Positions 17,096-26,492 of a stretch of DNA of 32,262 nucleotides are shown piece after piece. The notes under the pieces were generated by a model, which was not told the DNA's origin, did no database searches, and was given only the letters and a program-made list of their open reading frames with translations. How positions within the stretch are numbered: position 1 is the stretch's first letter; every line of letters begins with the position of its first letter. A program made the position numbers and the translations under genes. Origin of the DNA: an uncultured Alistipes sp. Lineage in GTDB: Bacteria; Bacteroidota; Bacteroidia; Bacteroidales; Rikenellaceae. The stretch covers positions 1 through 32,262 of the forward strand of contig CAZESW010000001.1 of assembly GCA_964514795.1 (NCBI GenBank). The letters run 5' to 3'.

Positions 17096-17913
17096 TGTAC
17101 ATGAATAATTCTGTAAAAATAATATTGATAGCCGTTGTCTTCGTCGCGTGCGCAGCGATTGGCTATATGGTTATGCCGTCGAAAAAGTCGGATATTACTA
17201 CCACGGTTACCGGCGGTGGAGACGGAGGCGGCGTTGGAATGACAGGTCCGACTCCCCAACCGCCGATTACACCACCTGGGACGGGGTCGGAACCTCCGGT
17301 AGAAGTACAACCGGACTCGGACTCCGAACCGGACTCGGACCAGGAATCGGAACCGGAACCGGAACCCGAACCGGCAAATGCCGATGCTGTTCCCGAAATC
17401 AAGAGCGTGGTTGTCGGACAGAGAAATTCCAATAATTACAAAAAAATTGGAGTTCCGTTTAGTATTAAGGCTACGGTCGCATCGGGCGACCCGTTGGTGT
17501 ACGAATTGTACGAAATCGGCGGAACGACAGCCAAATATACGTCGAATAACGGCAGCTTCGCAGAGGTTTACCCTGTCGATGGCGGCAAGTATCTGCTGAA
17601 AGTCGTAAATAAAAAGACGGGTGATTTCGCAGAACGACAGGTCGCCGGATTCGACAAGATAAAAAAATATTCGTCTGCCGATTTGCAGGCGCAGTTGAAT
17701 GTCGAGACTACAGAGCGGTTGTTTTATTTCCATTTCGATACCGACAATCTGAAATTCGACTGCGAGGGTGTTGATCCATCTGAAAAGCCGACGAGTCTCA
17801 ATGCCTTATTGTCGAGCCGCTCGGCTAACGGCTGGGGCTATGTTGTCGTAGGCACACCGCAGTACGATAAGTATAATAGAATCACTTATTTTAAAGTTAG
17901 GGTAACGGAATGA
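17095..17913 (+). CDS. Membrane-anchored protein with Pro/Glu/Asp-rich spacer, function unknown
   Basis: N-terminal TM, Gly/Pro/acidic linker, beta-rich C-terminal region; TAATG overlap with the upstream gene. Confidence 0.75.
   Translation: MYMNNSVKIILIAVVFVACAAIGYMVMPSKKSDITTTVTGGGDGGGVGMTGPTPQPPITPPGTGSEPPVEVQPDSDSEPDSDQESEPEPEPEPANADAVPEIKSVVVGQRNSNNYKKIGVPFSIKATVASGDPLVYELYEIGGTTAKYTSNNGSFAEVYPVDGGKYLLKVVNKKTGDFAERQVAGFDKIKKYSSADLQAQLNVETTERLFYFHFDTDNLKFDCEGVDPSEKPTSLNALLSSRSANGWGYVVVGTPQYDKYNRITYFKVRVTE
17311..17373 (+). repeat. Coding hexamer-type repeat (ccggaa/tcggac variants) encoding PDSDSEPDSDQESEPEPEPEP
   Basis: Read directly: ccggactcggactccgaaccggactcggaccaggaatcggaaccggaaccggaacccgaaccg. 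Confidence 0.8.
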
Positions 17914-17915
17914 TT

Positions 17916-18545
17916 ATGAAACGGGCATTTTTAATATTGTTGTCGTTGGCGACGATTCTGCCGTCGCGGGCGCAGATTGTTTCGACGAATCAGGATTTGT
18001 CGTTCGTCTATGTCGCGCATGATGAGAATACACCGGTTCAGGTGCTTATCGGACGTCTGAAAGATACATACAACGATGCGCTGAATTATCCGGAGGAGCG
18101 TGCCGCGATATTTTATCTTCCTAACGGAGAGTTTCCCGTTGTCGTTCGGGTGAATACCGCCAATGATAATCGTGAGGCATTCGGTGAACTCATCAATGAA
18201 TTGCAGACCAAACGGTCGCACGACATAGACCGTTATACCGACATGACACGCATTCAGTCTATATTGGAGGAAAACGACATAGTCGATGATTACGGCAAAC
18301 CGCGTTTCCGTTCCGTAGAGTGGCTCTATTATATCAATTCGACGTTCTGGAATCTGGGCAACCACGAGTATATAATCGCTTCCCTGTTCTGGATTTTCGA
18401 TATGGAGCAGTTGATAAAATCCAAATATCTGCGGGTAAATATTTTTTATAGCGGTGAATACGACGTGATTCCGTTCAACAAAGAACAGCCGTTCGGCGAC
18501 AAGGCGTTGTGCCGTTCGATGAACTTTATCCCGATGCCGTACTAA
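17916..18545 (+). CDS. Secreted hypothetical protein
   Basis: MKRAFLILLSLATILPSRA|Q signal peptide (alternative ATG at 17910 overlaps the upstream stop); in-operon position. Confidence 0.75.
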   Translation: MKRAFLILLSLATILPSRAQIVSTNQDLSFVYVAHDENTPVQVLIGRLKDTYNDALNYPEERAAIFYLPNGEFPVVVRVNTANDNREAFGELINELQTKRSHDIDRYTDMTRIQSILEENDIVDDYGKPRFRSVEWLYYINSTFWNLGNHEYIIASLFWIFDMEQLIKSKYLRVNIFYSGEYDVIPFNKEQPFGDKALCRSMNFIPMPY

Positions 18546-18576
18546 CAAAAGAAGAGTATAAAAAGTTACATAAATA

Positions 18577-21018
18577 ATGAAGAGAGCATTTTTAATAACA
18601 TTGTCGGCATTTATCGGTGTTGCCAGCAGCTTCGCCCAGCCGAATCTTCCTGCCAAGTGTCAGGCTTCCTTGCCGAAAATATTGACAGGTATTATATTGA
18701 ACGAAAACGATGCTGTCGCATTGAACAATTCCCGTGATTTCGGTCAGTCTAATACGGTTGGTAAATATTGGATAGCGTATAGTGATCGCGATAACAATAC
18801 GACATATATGGAGCCGAATACGGCGTCTGCGCAGTGTTCTGCACTTCAATTCAACGAAACCGTCCGTATAGCCAAGATTCAGAACGGATTCGCGCTGGTT
18901 TATGTAGAGCCTAACAAGACTCTTGAATATCCTTTGATTTCGGCTGATGCCAAGTGTCGCGGATGGATTCCGATGAAAAAACTGCTTTTGTGGAATTCGT
19001 GCCTGGCAAATGACAAGGGTATCTACAATAAAGCGCTGCTGTGCGTAAACCTCGATAAGAGTTCTGCACAGACAAAGAATTTCGGATTGGGTTATTACGG
19101 ACCTTCGACATCGAGTTCGAGCATGCAGCTGACTACCGATATGAATTTCTATTATATCATGAAACGCGAGAACGGTATGTCTTTGCTTGCAACGCAGAGC
19201 AAGATGGACGGATCGTTCTCCGATAAGGTGCTGTTCTGCTGGGCTCAGGAGCAGTCTTTTGTGCCTTGGAATCAGCGTTCCTGCCTTGAACCGACATGGA
19301 AACATGAGGATGTCGAATATTTTGCGGCAAAGAATATCAAGGTCAATATCTATAAAAATAATAAGTTCGATTCGAAGGCGATTTCCAATATCCCGTTTAG
19401 AAAAAAGAATTCATCTACTTATGATCAGTATCTGTATCGTATGAGTGGTTCGAGCCTTCGCTATCCGATTCTCGATGATGGTAGTGACATGATTTACAAT
19501 ATGTCTACGTTCAGTACTATCGGTGGTCAGGCTGCGGGTACTGATCCGCAAGCAGACGGGCTTAGCACGGCGGATTCCATCAAACTGGCTCGACTCAACA
19601 GGATGCTCAATATCAATCTTGCTATTGTTATTGACGGAACATCGTCTATGGAACCTTACTATCCTGCGGTCAAGGAGGCTATCAAATCAGGTATCCAATA
19701 TTTCTCGCAGAATTACAATATTAAAGTAGGCGTGGTTATTTATCGAGATTATGCAGATGGTGACGCAGGATTGGTTGAAGTGTTGCCGCTGACGAATGTG
19801 AAAAATATTACGCGCATCAATGACTTCCTCGATTCCGGCGGTCGCTATGGCATTCGCAGTTCTGCGAACGATAAGACTCAAACCGAGGCGTTCTATTACG
19901 GTTTGAACGAGGCCCTTGATAAATTGCGCTTCCGTGATGGTGAAAGCAATATTATGCTTGTTGTCGGCGATTGCGGCAATGATGCCAACGATACCAAGTG
20001 CGCAAGCCGTGAGGATATAATATCCAAAATCGTAGCTAATAAGATGCACGTCATGGGCTTCCAGGTGCAGAATCAGAATGTCGCGGCATTCAATTCGTTC
20101 AACAACCAGTTGCTGTATATCCTGCGTAACAGTTTGTTGGCTAATTATAAGAAATACAATGCCGATATTAAAGTGTCCTCGCGTCAGTCCAAGAATGCCG
20201 CTGGGGCAGTTGAAGGTTATAACTATGTTGCGAATACTGATTATCAGCTATATATTGGCAATCACCGTTTTGCTGACGCTAATGTTAATAAGGGCAAAAT
20301 GGATCCGAAGATGCTGACGGGACACATGACATCTGCAATATCCGATTTCGCTTCGGCTATTCAGGAGCAGATAAACCTTATCGTAAATAGCGGAAGGGAT
20401 CCAAAACCAAAGAAGCCGTCTAATCCGGGAACTGGATTTACAGGAACTGGCCCCGGAGGCGGTATTAATATCGCCGATGAATTCATCCGCGAAACTCTCG
20501 GTGAAGAGTGGGCGGAAGCAATGAAGGGAACGAATGCTTTGGTAAATTTCCGTGGATATGCCAAAAAGAAGGACGAAAGCGGTCGCGATTTCTTCAAGCC
20601 GGTTATCTTCATTTCGATGGAAGAGTTCGATGATTTGTTGAAACGACTTGCTCCGGTGAGTGAGGCTGCATTGAGTTCGAATGTCAAAGACCGCACACCG
20701 TATATCGAAGCAATGAAGGCTTTGGTGCGCAGTCTCGTTCCTGGTATCAGGGACAATGATATGGCGAAACTGAGCAACGGTCAGATAACGGCGATGATTG
20801 GCGGTCTTAATGAAGCCGCCGGAGCGTTGAAGACATACACTCTCGATGACCTTTCGGATCAAACGGCTATTCCTGCTGCGGAATACCAGCGTATCATTAC
20901 CGATTTTAGCCGTAAGTTCAAAAATTTGAGCCGCACTCGTGCCAGCAAAAGTTATAAGTTTGTCAAGGAGTTCAACGGAGCGAAATACTATTGGATTCCA
21001 ATCGAGGACCTTCCTTAA
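18577..21018 (+). CDS. Secreted von Willebrand factor A domain protein, TssR-like
   Basis: Signal peptide; MIDAS-like IVIDGTSSM, VVIYRDY, LVVGDCG. N-terminal WIAYSDRDNN and GWIPMKKLLL resemble, from recall, Bacteroidetes T6SS TssR; this link is inferred. Confidence 0.72.
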   Translation: MKRAFLITLSAFIGVASSFAQPNLPAKCQASLPKILTGIILNENDAVALNNSRDFGQSNTVGKYWIAYSDRDNNTTYMEPNTASAQCSALQFNETVRIAKIQNGFALVYVEPNKTLEYPLISADAKCRGWIPMKKLLLWNSCLANDKGIYNKALLCVNLDKSSAQTKNFGLGYYGPSTSSSSMQLTTDMNFYYIMKRENGMSLLATQSKMDGSFSDKVLFCWAQEQSFVPWNQRSCLEPTWKHEDVEYFAAKNIKVNIYKNNKFDSKAISNIPFRKKNSSTYDQYLYRMSGSSLRYPILDDGSDMIYNMSTFSTIGGQAAGTDPQADGLSTADSIKLARLNRMLNINLAIVIDGTSSMEPYYPAVKEAIKSGIQYFSQNYNIKVGVVIYRDYADGDAGLVEVLPLTNVKNITRINDFLDSGGRYGIRSSANDKTQTEAFYYGLNEALDKLRFRDGESNIMLVVGDCGNDANDTKCASREDIISKIVANKMHVMGFQVQNQNVAAFNSFNNQLLYILRNSLLANYKKYNADIKVSSRQSKNAAGAVEGYNYVANTDYQLYIGNHRFADANVNKGKMDPKMLTGHMTSAISDFASAIQEQINLIVNSGRDPKPKKPSNPGTGFTGTGPGGGINIADEFIRETLGEEWAEAMKGTNALVNFRGYAKKKDESGRDFFKPVIFISMEEFDDLLKRLAPVSEAALSSNVKDRTPYIEAMKALVRSLVPGIRDNDMAKLSNGQITAMIGGLNEAAGALKTYTLDDLSDQTAIPAAEYQRIITDFSRKFKNLSRTRASKSYKFVKEFNGAKYYWIPIEDLP

Positions 21019-21033
21019 ACACAACGCATTACA

Positions 21034-21900
21034 ATGAAGAAACTTTTCGATATAGAAAATTTGAGATGCTCCTATGCCAAGAATTATGAGGAGGGAGTGT
21101 CGAAAGTGGTATTGGAGATAAACAAACTTGTTATCCCGAAAGGGAAAAAGGTGTTTATCGTCGGCGAATCGGGTATAGGCAAGAGTACGATTCTCGAAAC
21201 GCTCGGCATGATGAACAATACCATCGTACCCGACGGCAAGGCGAAATTCCACTTCTGCGAGGACGACAGGATAGTCGATCTCGTCCATCTGTGGAAAAGC
21301 GGCGACAGAGAATTGTCGGGCTTCCGTCAGAAACATTTCAGTTTCATATTCCAGAGCACCAATCTGATGCGCAACTTCACCGCATACGAGAATATCGCAC
21401 TGACGCGCATGTTGCAGGGATACTCCCGCGAGTCGTCGTTCGCCCGTGCGAGCGAGGTGATGAAAGACCTCGGATTGGAGCATATCGACGAAACCCGCAT
21501 GACGCAGGAGTTGTCGGGCGGTCAGCAGCAGCGACTGGCGTTCGCCCGTGCGGTGCTGCCCGATTTCACGGTGCTGTTCGGCGACGAGCCTACCGGCAAC
21601 CTCGACAGCGACAATGCCGTGAAAGCGATGGACTTGCTGTCGCACAAACTTTCGCAGCTCGACGGCAGTTCGGCTATCATCGTGTCCCATGATATGCATC
21701 TCGCCGTTACGTTCGCCGATATAATCATCAAGATTCGCAAGGAGAGCCGTCTGTCGAAATCGGCGAATGACGAAATCGTGTATTACGGCGTAATCGATGA
21801 CGACAGCGTATTCGTGCCTGACGAGAGCGGCGCAGCATGGTCCAATGGCAAGGAGTCCTATGCGTCTGCCGATTTTGAATCATACTTAAAGAGATGGTAA
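21034..21900 (+). CDS. ABC transporter ATP-binding protein, LolD/MacB/FtsE family
   Basis: GESGIGKS, FIFQ, LSGGQQQR, FGDEPTGNLD, VSHD. Confidence 0.93.
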   Translation: MKKLFDIENLRCSYAKNYEEGVSKVVLEINKLVIPKGKKVFIVGESGIGKSTILETLGMMNNTIVPDGKAKFHFCEDDRIVDLVHLWKSGDRELSGFRQKHFSFIFQSTNLMRNFTAYENIALTRMLQGYSRESSFARASEVMKDLGLEHIDETRMTQELSGGQQQRLAFARAVLPDFTVLFGDEPTGNLDSDNAVKAMDLLSHKLSQLDGSSAIIVSHDMHLAVTFADIIIKIRKESRLSKSANDEIVYYGVIDDDSVFVPDESGAAWSNGKESYASADFESYLKRW

Positions 21901-21901
21901 T

Positions 21902-23473
21902 ATGAAATTCAACAACATAGCATCAAACGACTATTTCAAGCTTTTCGTCAGACGCGAAGGCAAGGTCGTACTCGGTAAACGGTATTCGAGTCTGTGGCTT
22001 TTGTGCAGCGTGCTGACGACTACGTTCATCGCAATCGCATTCAGCAATGCGAGTCTGGATTATCTGTCTTATAAGATGAACGATCCGTTCATCAACTGGG
22101 TCGATATCAAGAACAATTTCGGCGAAAACGACTTTGTCGGTTTCGAGGAGGCTATCCGCGACGGGGAGATGATGGAGAAATACCATTACAAGAGCTACCA
22201 GACCGACAAGTACTGGTATACGCTTTTCTGTACCCGCGACAAGGACAGCAAACACCTGAAATGCCGCTATTTCGCAGATATAAAAACGCCGCTGGTCGAG
22301 GCTATTATGGCAGACGACAATGTCATAGACGGTGCGCGTATTGCGGAACAGAACATCGACAACAATTCGTTCGGCGTGATTATCACCCAGGATGCGTTGT
22401 TCAATAAACTGGGCTATAAGGAGATTCCGTCGTATGTCTATTACCGTGCCTATTGCGATGAGCAGGCCGCCGAGGAGTTTAGCATCGACCTGGTCGGCGA
22501 TCATTATGCTATGGTTCCGGTGCCGGTTTTGGCTGTGGTCAAGCGCCTGCCGACCAATATGGACATTATCGGAACCAAATTCCTGTATCTGCAAAATCTC
22601 GGACAGTCGCTGAACCTGTACGAGGCAGGTTATCACAGTTCGTTGATATACTATCTGCCGGATAAGATAAACGCAGCGAAATTCATCGCCGATTTGGAGC
22701 GTGCGACGACCGACCGCACGTCGGCATCGTATTATACGCTCTCGGGTGAGGATATGCCGTTGCCACGAATGGTGAATTTCCGTGCCGGTTCGTTCGTCCT
22801 GCTTCAATTCGATTATGACGACGAGGTGGATTTCGCAATCAACAGGCAGATTAACGACGAAATTATCGGCAAATACGGAGATGCCGGAGTTTTCAGGATA
22901 TACGATTACAACGAGACGAGCAGCACCGGTGACGATGACGACTATATCTCCGTCCATTTTACGGATTTGGATATGATTGCGGCTTTCCAGGAGTATGCCA
23001 AGAATTTCAAGATAGACATAGAGATGTCGCAAATCAATGCCAAGGAGAATTTCAACGAGGTGAGCATCATGGCGAATATCCTGTCGTGGACAATGATTGT
23101 GTTCGCTATCGTATGTATCATTATGTTTATCGTAAATCTGTTGCAGTCCTATTTCCAGAAGGTCAAGCGCAATCTCGGAACCTTCAAGGCATTCGGTATC
23201 GGCAACCGCGATTTGATAGGCGTGTATGTGCTGATTATGGTGGCCATGATTCTTGCGGCGATTTCGATTTCGCTGGGTATTTCGTGGTTTGTTCAGGAGT
23301 TGCTGCCGATTGTCGGCTTGCAGAAAGACGGAACGTTCGACTATCTGTCGCTGTGGAGCAGCAAGACGCTTTATTCGCTGCTCGTGATTGTCGCGGCGTC
23401 GGTTACGACCGTATATATCGTTATGAGCAGACTGCTTAAAACTACTCCGGGCGATCTTATTTATGACAGATAG
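21902..23473 (+). CDS. FtsX/MacB-type ABC permease
   Basis: One N-terminal TM, a large periplasmic domain, three C-terminal TMs with the RNLGTFKAFG coupling motif; adjacent to the ATPase. Confidence 0.85.
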   Translation: MKFNNIASNDYFKLFVRREGKVVLGKRYSSLWLLCSVLTTTFIAIAFSNASLDYLSYKMNDPFINWVDIKNNFGENDFVGFEEAIRDGEMMEKYHYKSYQTDKYWYTLFCTRDKDSKHLKCRYFADIKTPLVEAIMADDNVIDGARIAEQNIDNNSFGVIITQDALFNKLGYKEIPSYVYYRAYCDEQAAEEFSIDLVGDHYAMVPVPVLAVVKRLPTNMDIIGTKFLYLQNLGQSLNLYEAGYHSSLIYYLPDKINAAKFIADLERATTDRTSASYYTLSGEDMPLPRMVNFRAGSFVLLQFDYDDEVDFAINRQINDEIIGKYGDAGVFRIYDYNETSSTGDDDDYISVHFTDLDMIAAFQEYAKNFKIDIEMSQINAKENFNEVSIMANILSWTMIVFAIVCIIMFIVNLLQSYFQKVKRNLGTFKAFGIGNRDLIGVYVLIMVAMILAAISISLGISWFVQELLPIVGLQKDGTFDYLSLWSSKTLYSLLVIVAASVTTVYIVMSRLLKTTPGDLIYDR

Positions 23474-23494
23474 AAAATAAAAGAAAATCGATAT

Positions 23495-26464
23495 ATGAAA
23501 AAGATTCTGTTAATAGTTTTTTCGATTGCGGCATTCGCTGCCTGCGACAAAGAGAATCACGATCAGGGTATCATTCCGGGAACTGCCGGTAATGCAATTT
23601 CGATTACCGAGGCTACTATCTCTCCAATCGGTAATGAGGCCGAAAGTGAACGTATTGTATTTACCGTAACGTCGGATGTCCCGTGGAAGATTCAGAACAG
23701 ACCGTCGTGGCTGAACGTCGCTCCGGTCGAGGGAAAAGCCGGAACGACCTCCGTTACGATGTTCGCCGGAATAAATAATCAGTCCGAACCGGTCAGAACG
23801 TGTACGCTTCGGATTGTGGCGTCGGATGGGACGTTCTCGGAACAAATCGAAATCTCTCAGGAGAGACCGTATCTTAGGGTTTCGCGTGATAAAATCGATT
23901 TCACATGGGATCAGTGCGAAACATTTAAGACTGCCCGCGAAACGATAACGATTAGCAGCAATACCGACTGGGAGATTGTCGTATTGCGCAGTAGTTCACA
24001 GTCCTCCGATGTCGCAGTCGCTGCGGAGGACAGCGGTACGCTCGTTGATTGGCTTTCATGTTCCGAACTGCGCGGTTCGGCCGTTCCGGAAGACCATCTG
24101 CTGTATTTCAATCCTGCAATCTATAATATAGAGCGGCAACCAAAATCTCTTGAACTCGAAATCCGCGGAGCGTTGGACAGCTACAAGTTGTCGTTTACTC
24201 AGGCGAATCTGCTTTTTACGGTCGATGTGGCGGATTCCGACGATGATGAACATTGCGAGTTCCCTGCCTGCAACACGAAAGAGGTGAATCTGACTATTGA
24301 GTCCGAACTGAACTGGAAAGTGGACAGCAAGCCGAACTGGGTGAAAGTAACACCGGAAGCAGGCAAGAATATGACGGATGTCCGGTTCGATGTCGATGGA
24401 GCAAATCCGGGTGCGGAGGCGCGTGTCGGCAATCTTGTATTTGTCAGCCAAGCAGGAACTAACCCGCTTCCTCAGCGAGTTATAGAGGTTCGCCAGAAAG
24501 GCTACATGTTCTATGTGCAGCCCGCATCCGTGTCTGTTTCTAATAATGATTTGACCTCCAAGGAGGTATCTCTTGTGTCTTCGGGCAGTTGGGCAATCGA
24601 GTCGTCGAGCGTTCCCGAATGGCTCGACGTTTCGACAATGTCGGGGCTGGGCTCGGAAAGCGGAGTGCCGGTTGCCGTCGCCGCCAAGAATCGGAATCTC
24701 GATTTCACGGACCGTTCGGCAAAGGTCGGGTTCCGCAGTACGCAGCAGGGCAATACCATGCAGCAGGTTTTGGATTTCAAGCAGGACAAGTTTGTTTTCG
24801 ATGCAAGTGTTTCCGAATCGAGTATCGGTACAATTCAAACGACTTCGCATGACCTGACAATTCACAGTTCCGGAGAGTGGGCGATAGATGTTTCGTATGA
24901 CGGATCTCCTGAGGCTGACTGGTTGAATGTCGGACAACTGTCCGGAGAAGGCAATGCTGTGATAAAGTATAATGCAAAGACCGGTAATGCGCTTGATTCC
25001 AATCGAACCGCTACGGTTTCCGTGCGGAGCATAACCCATGAAATGGCGGGAATAACGAATGTGGTGGCGTCGCTGGATATTACTCAGCGCAAGTATACTT
25101 TTGATGTACAGCCTACACCCGATGTGCTGACGCTGGCTTATGGCGCAGTCGATGATAAAACGATAAGCATATATGTCGATTGTTCTGCGAATTGGGAGAT
25201 AGAGTGCCCGAATTGGCTGGTTCCAAGTCAGAAGAGCGGAGCTAATTATGCGACAGTGTCGTTCACGGCGCAGAATAATCTTGATTACGTGGCGCGTAGC
25301 GGTAAACTTATAATTAAGAGTGAGTATCTTGGCGTTAAACGAAGTTTCTCGTTTGATGTGACCCAATCTGCATTCGAGTTTAACAGCGATTCCGTAGAAT
25401 TTGCGAATATCGAAGCTGTGAATGCCGGAGTATATACTGTGAACGTGGTATGTTCCGGAAGCTGGGAACTCCGTGATTATGAGTCGTGGATTGGGGCATC
25501 GGTTACTTCCGGATTCGGAAATGCGACTATTGCTCTTACGCCGCAGGATAATGTAGAAATGAAGACGCGACAATCTGCTTTCTATGTGTACAGCATCCTG
25601 AATGGCGCGAGAAAGAATATTACCATATCTCAGAAACAGTTCGTATTCGATACGCAGAGTGTTGTTATTCCGGAGTTCTCTGCACTTGAACCAAAGCCGG
25701 TGAATGTCGTTCTGGGAGAATCGCTGTCTACATGGACGGTTCAGAACATTCCTTCGTGGGTAACCGTATCTCCATCTTCCGGCAGCGGCTCGACGACACT
25801 TACCGTTACGCCTCGGGAGAATGTGGATACATCGTCCCGTACTGCGACTATAAAAGTCGTAAGCGACAAGAACGCTTCTCTTGTCAAGGAGATTGCCGTT
25901 TCGCAGGCTGCATTCGTGTTCGATACAGCGGCGGTAACGATTCCGGAGTTCGATGTCCTGAATCCTGCATCGGCAGAGGTTGCGATAGGTGATTGCAGTG
26001 CCGGCTGGCGTGTTGTCGGTATTCCTGACTGGGTAACGGTTTCTCCGGATTCTGGCAATGGCGCCGGAACGATAACGGTAACGGCATCGCCGAATCTCAA
26101 TGCTGGTTCCCGCAGCGGTAAATTTTATATTGAGAGCAATAAAAATAGTGCATTGCGCAAGGAAGTTACGGTGTCTCAGAAAGGCTATGTGCTTAATGCC
26201 AGCACATTGAGTATGAATGTACCGGCAGGTGCAGCTACATACCTGGTCGATGTCGATTGCAGCGGTCAATGGAACGCCGAATGCAGCGGCAAATGGGTTC
26301 ATTTGACTGCTGCAAACGGTGCCGGTGCCGGTAAAATAACCTTTACGGTAGATAACAATACCGATTCCACTCCCCGTGAGGCTACGATAGAGATATCGAG
26401 CCTTGACGGCTATGCCGGAACGGTTGCAGTAAAAGTTATTCAGGCTGCCGCTGCGGGGAAATAA
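23495..26464 (+). CDS. Lipoprotein built of about 10 tandem BACON (Ig-like) domains
   Basis: FAA-C lipobox; recurring S..W....P.W..V.P..G.G...N....R.....V.Q pattern about every 90-100 aa. Confidence 0.88.
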   Translation: MKKILLIVFSIAAFAACDKENHDQGIIPGTAGNAISITEATISPIGNEAESERIVFTVTSDVPWKIQNRPSWLNVAPVEGKAGTTSVTMFAGINNQSEPVRTCTLRIVASDGTFSEQIEISQERPYLRVSRDKIDFTWDQCETFKTARETITISSNTDWEIVVLRSSSQSSDVAVAAEDSGTLVDWLSCSELRGSAVPEDHLLYFNPAIYNIERQPKSLELEIRGALDSYKLSFTQANLLFTVDVADSDDDEHCEFPACNTKEVNLTIESELNWKVDSKPNWVKVTPEAGKNMTDVRFDVDGANPGAEARVGNLVFVSQAGTNPLPQRVIEVRQKGYMFYVQPASVSVSNNDLTSKEVSLVSSGSWAIESSSVPEWLDVSTMSGLGSESGVPVAVAAKNRNLDFTDRSAKVGFRSTQQGNTMQQVLDFKQDKFVFDASVSESSIGTIQTTSHDLTIHSSGEWAIDVSYDGSPEADWLNVGQLSGEGNAVIKYNAKTGNALDSNRTATVSVRSITHEMAGITNVVASLDITQRKYTFDVQPTPDVLTLAYGAVDDKTISIYVDCSANWEIECPNWLVPSQKSGANYATVSFTAQNNLDYVARSGKLIIKSEYLGVKRSFSFDVTQSAFEFNSDSVEFANIEAVNAGVYTVNVVCSGSWELRDYESWIGASVTSGFGNATIALTPQDNVEMKTRQSAFYVYSILNGARKNITISQKQFVFDTQSVVIPEFSALEPKPVNVVLGESLSTWTVQNIPSWVTVSPSSGSGSTTLTVTPRENVDTSSRTATIKVVSDKNASLVKEIAVSQAAFVFDTAAVTIPEFDVLNPASAEVAIGDCSAGWRVVGIPDWVTVSPDSGNGAGTITVTASPNLNAGSRSGKFYIESNKNSALRKEVTVSQKGYVLNASTLSMNVPAGAATYLVDVDCSGQWNAECSGKWVHLTAANGAGAGKITFTVDNNTDSTPREATIEISSLDGYAGTVAVKVIQAAAAGK

Positions 26465-26492
26465 TTAGATGATGATTAAAAAATAAAAAACG

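Noticed and set aside
24056-26302. 748-aa minus-strand ORF
   Set aside because: Antisense shadow of the BACON lipoprotein.
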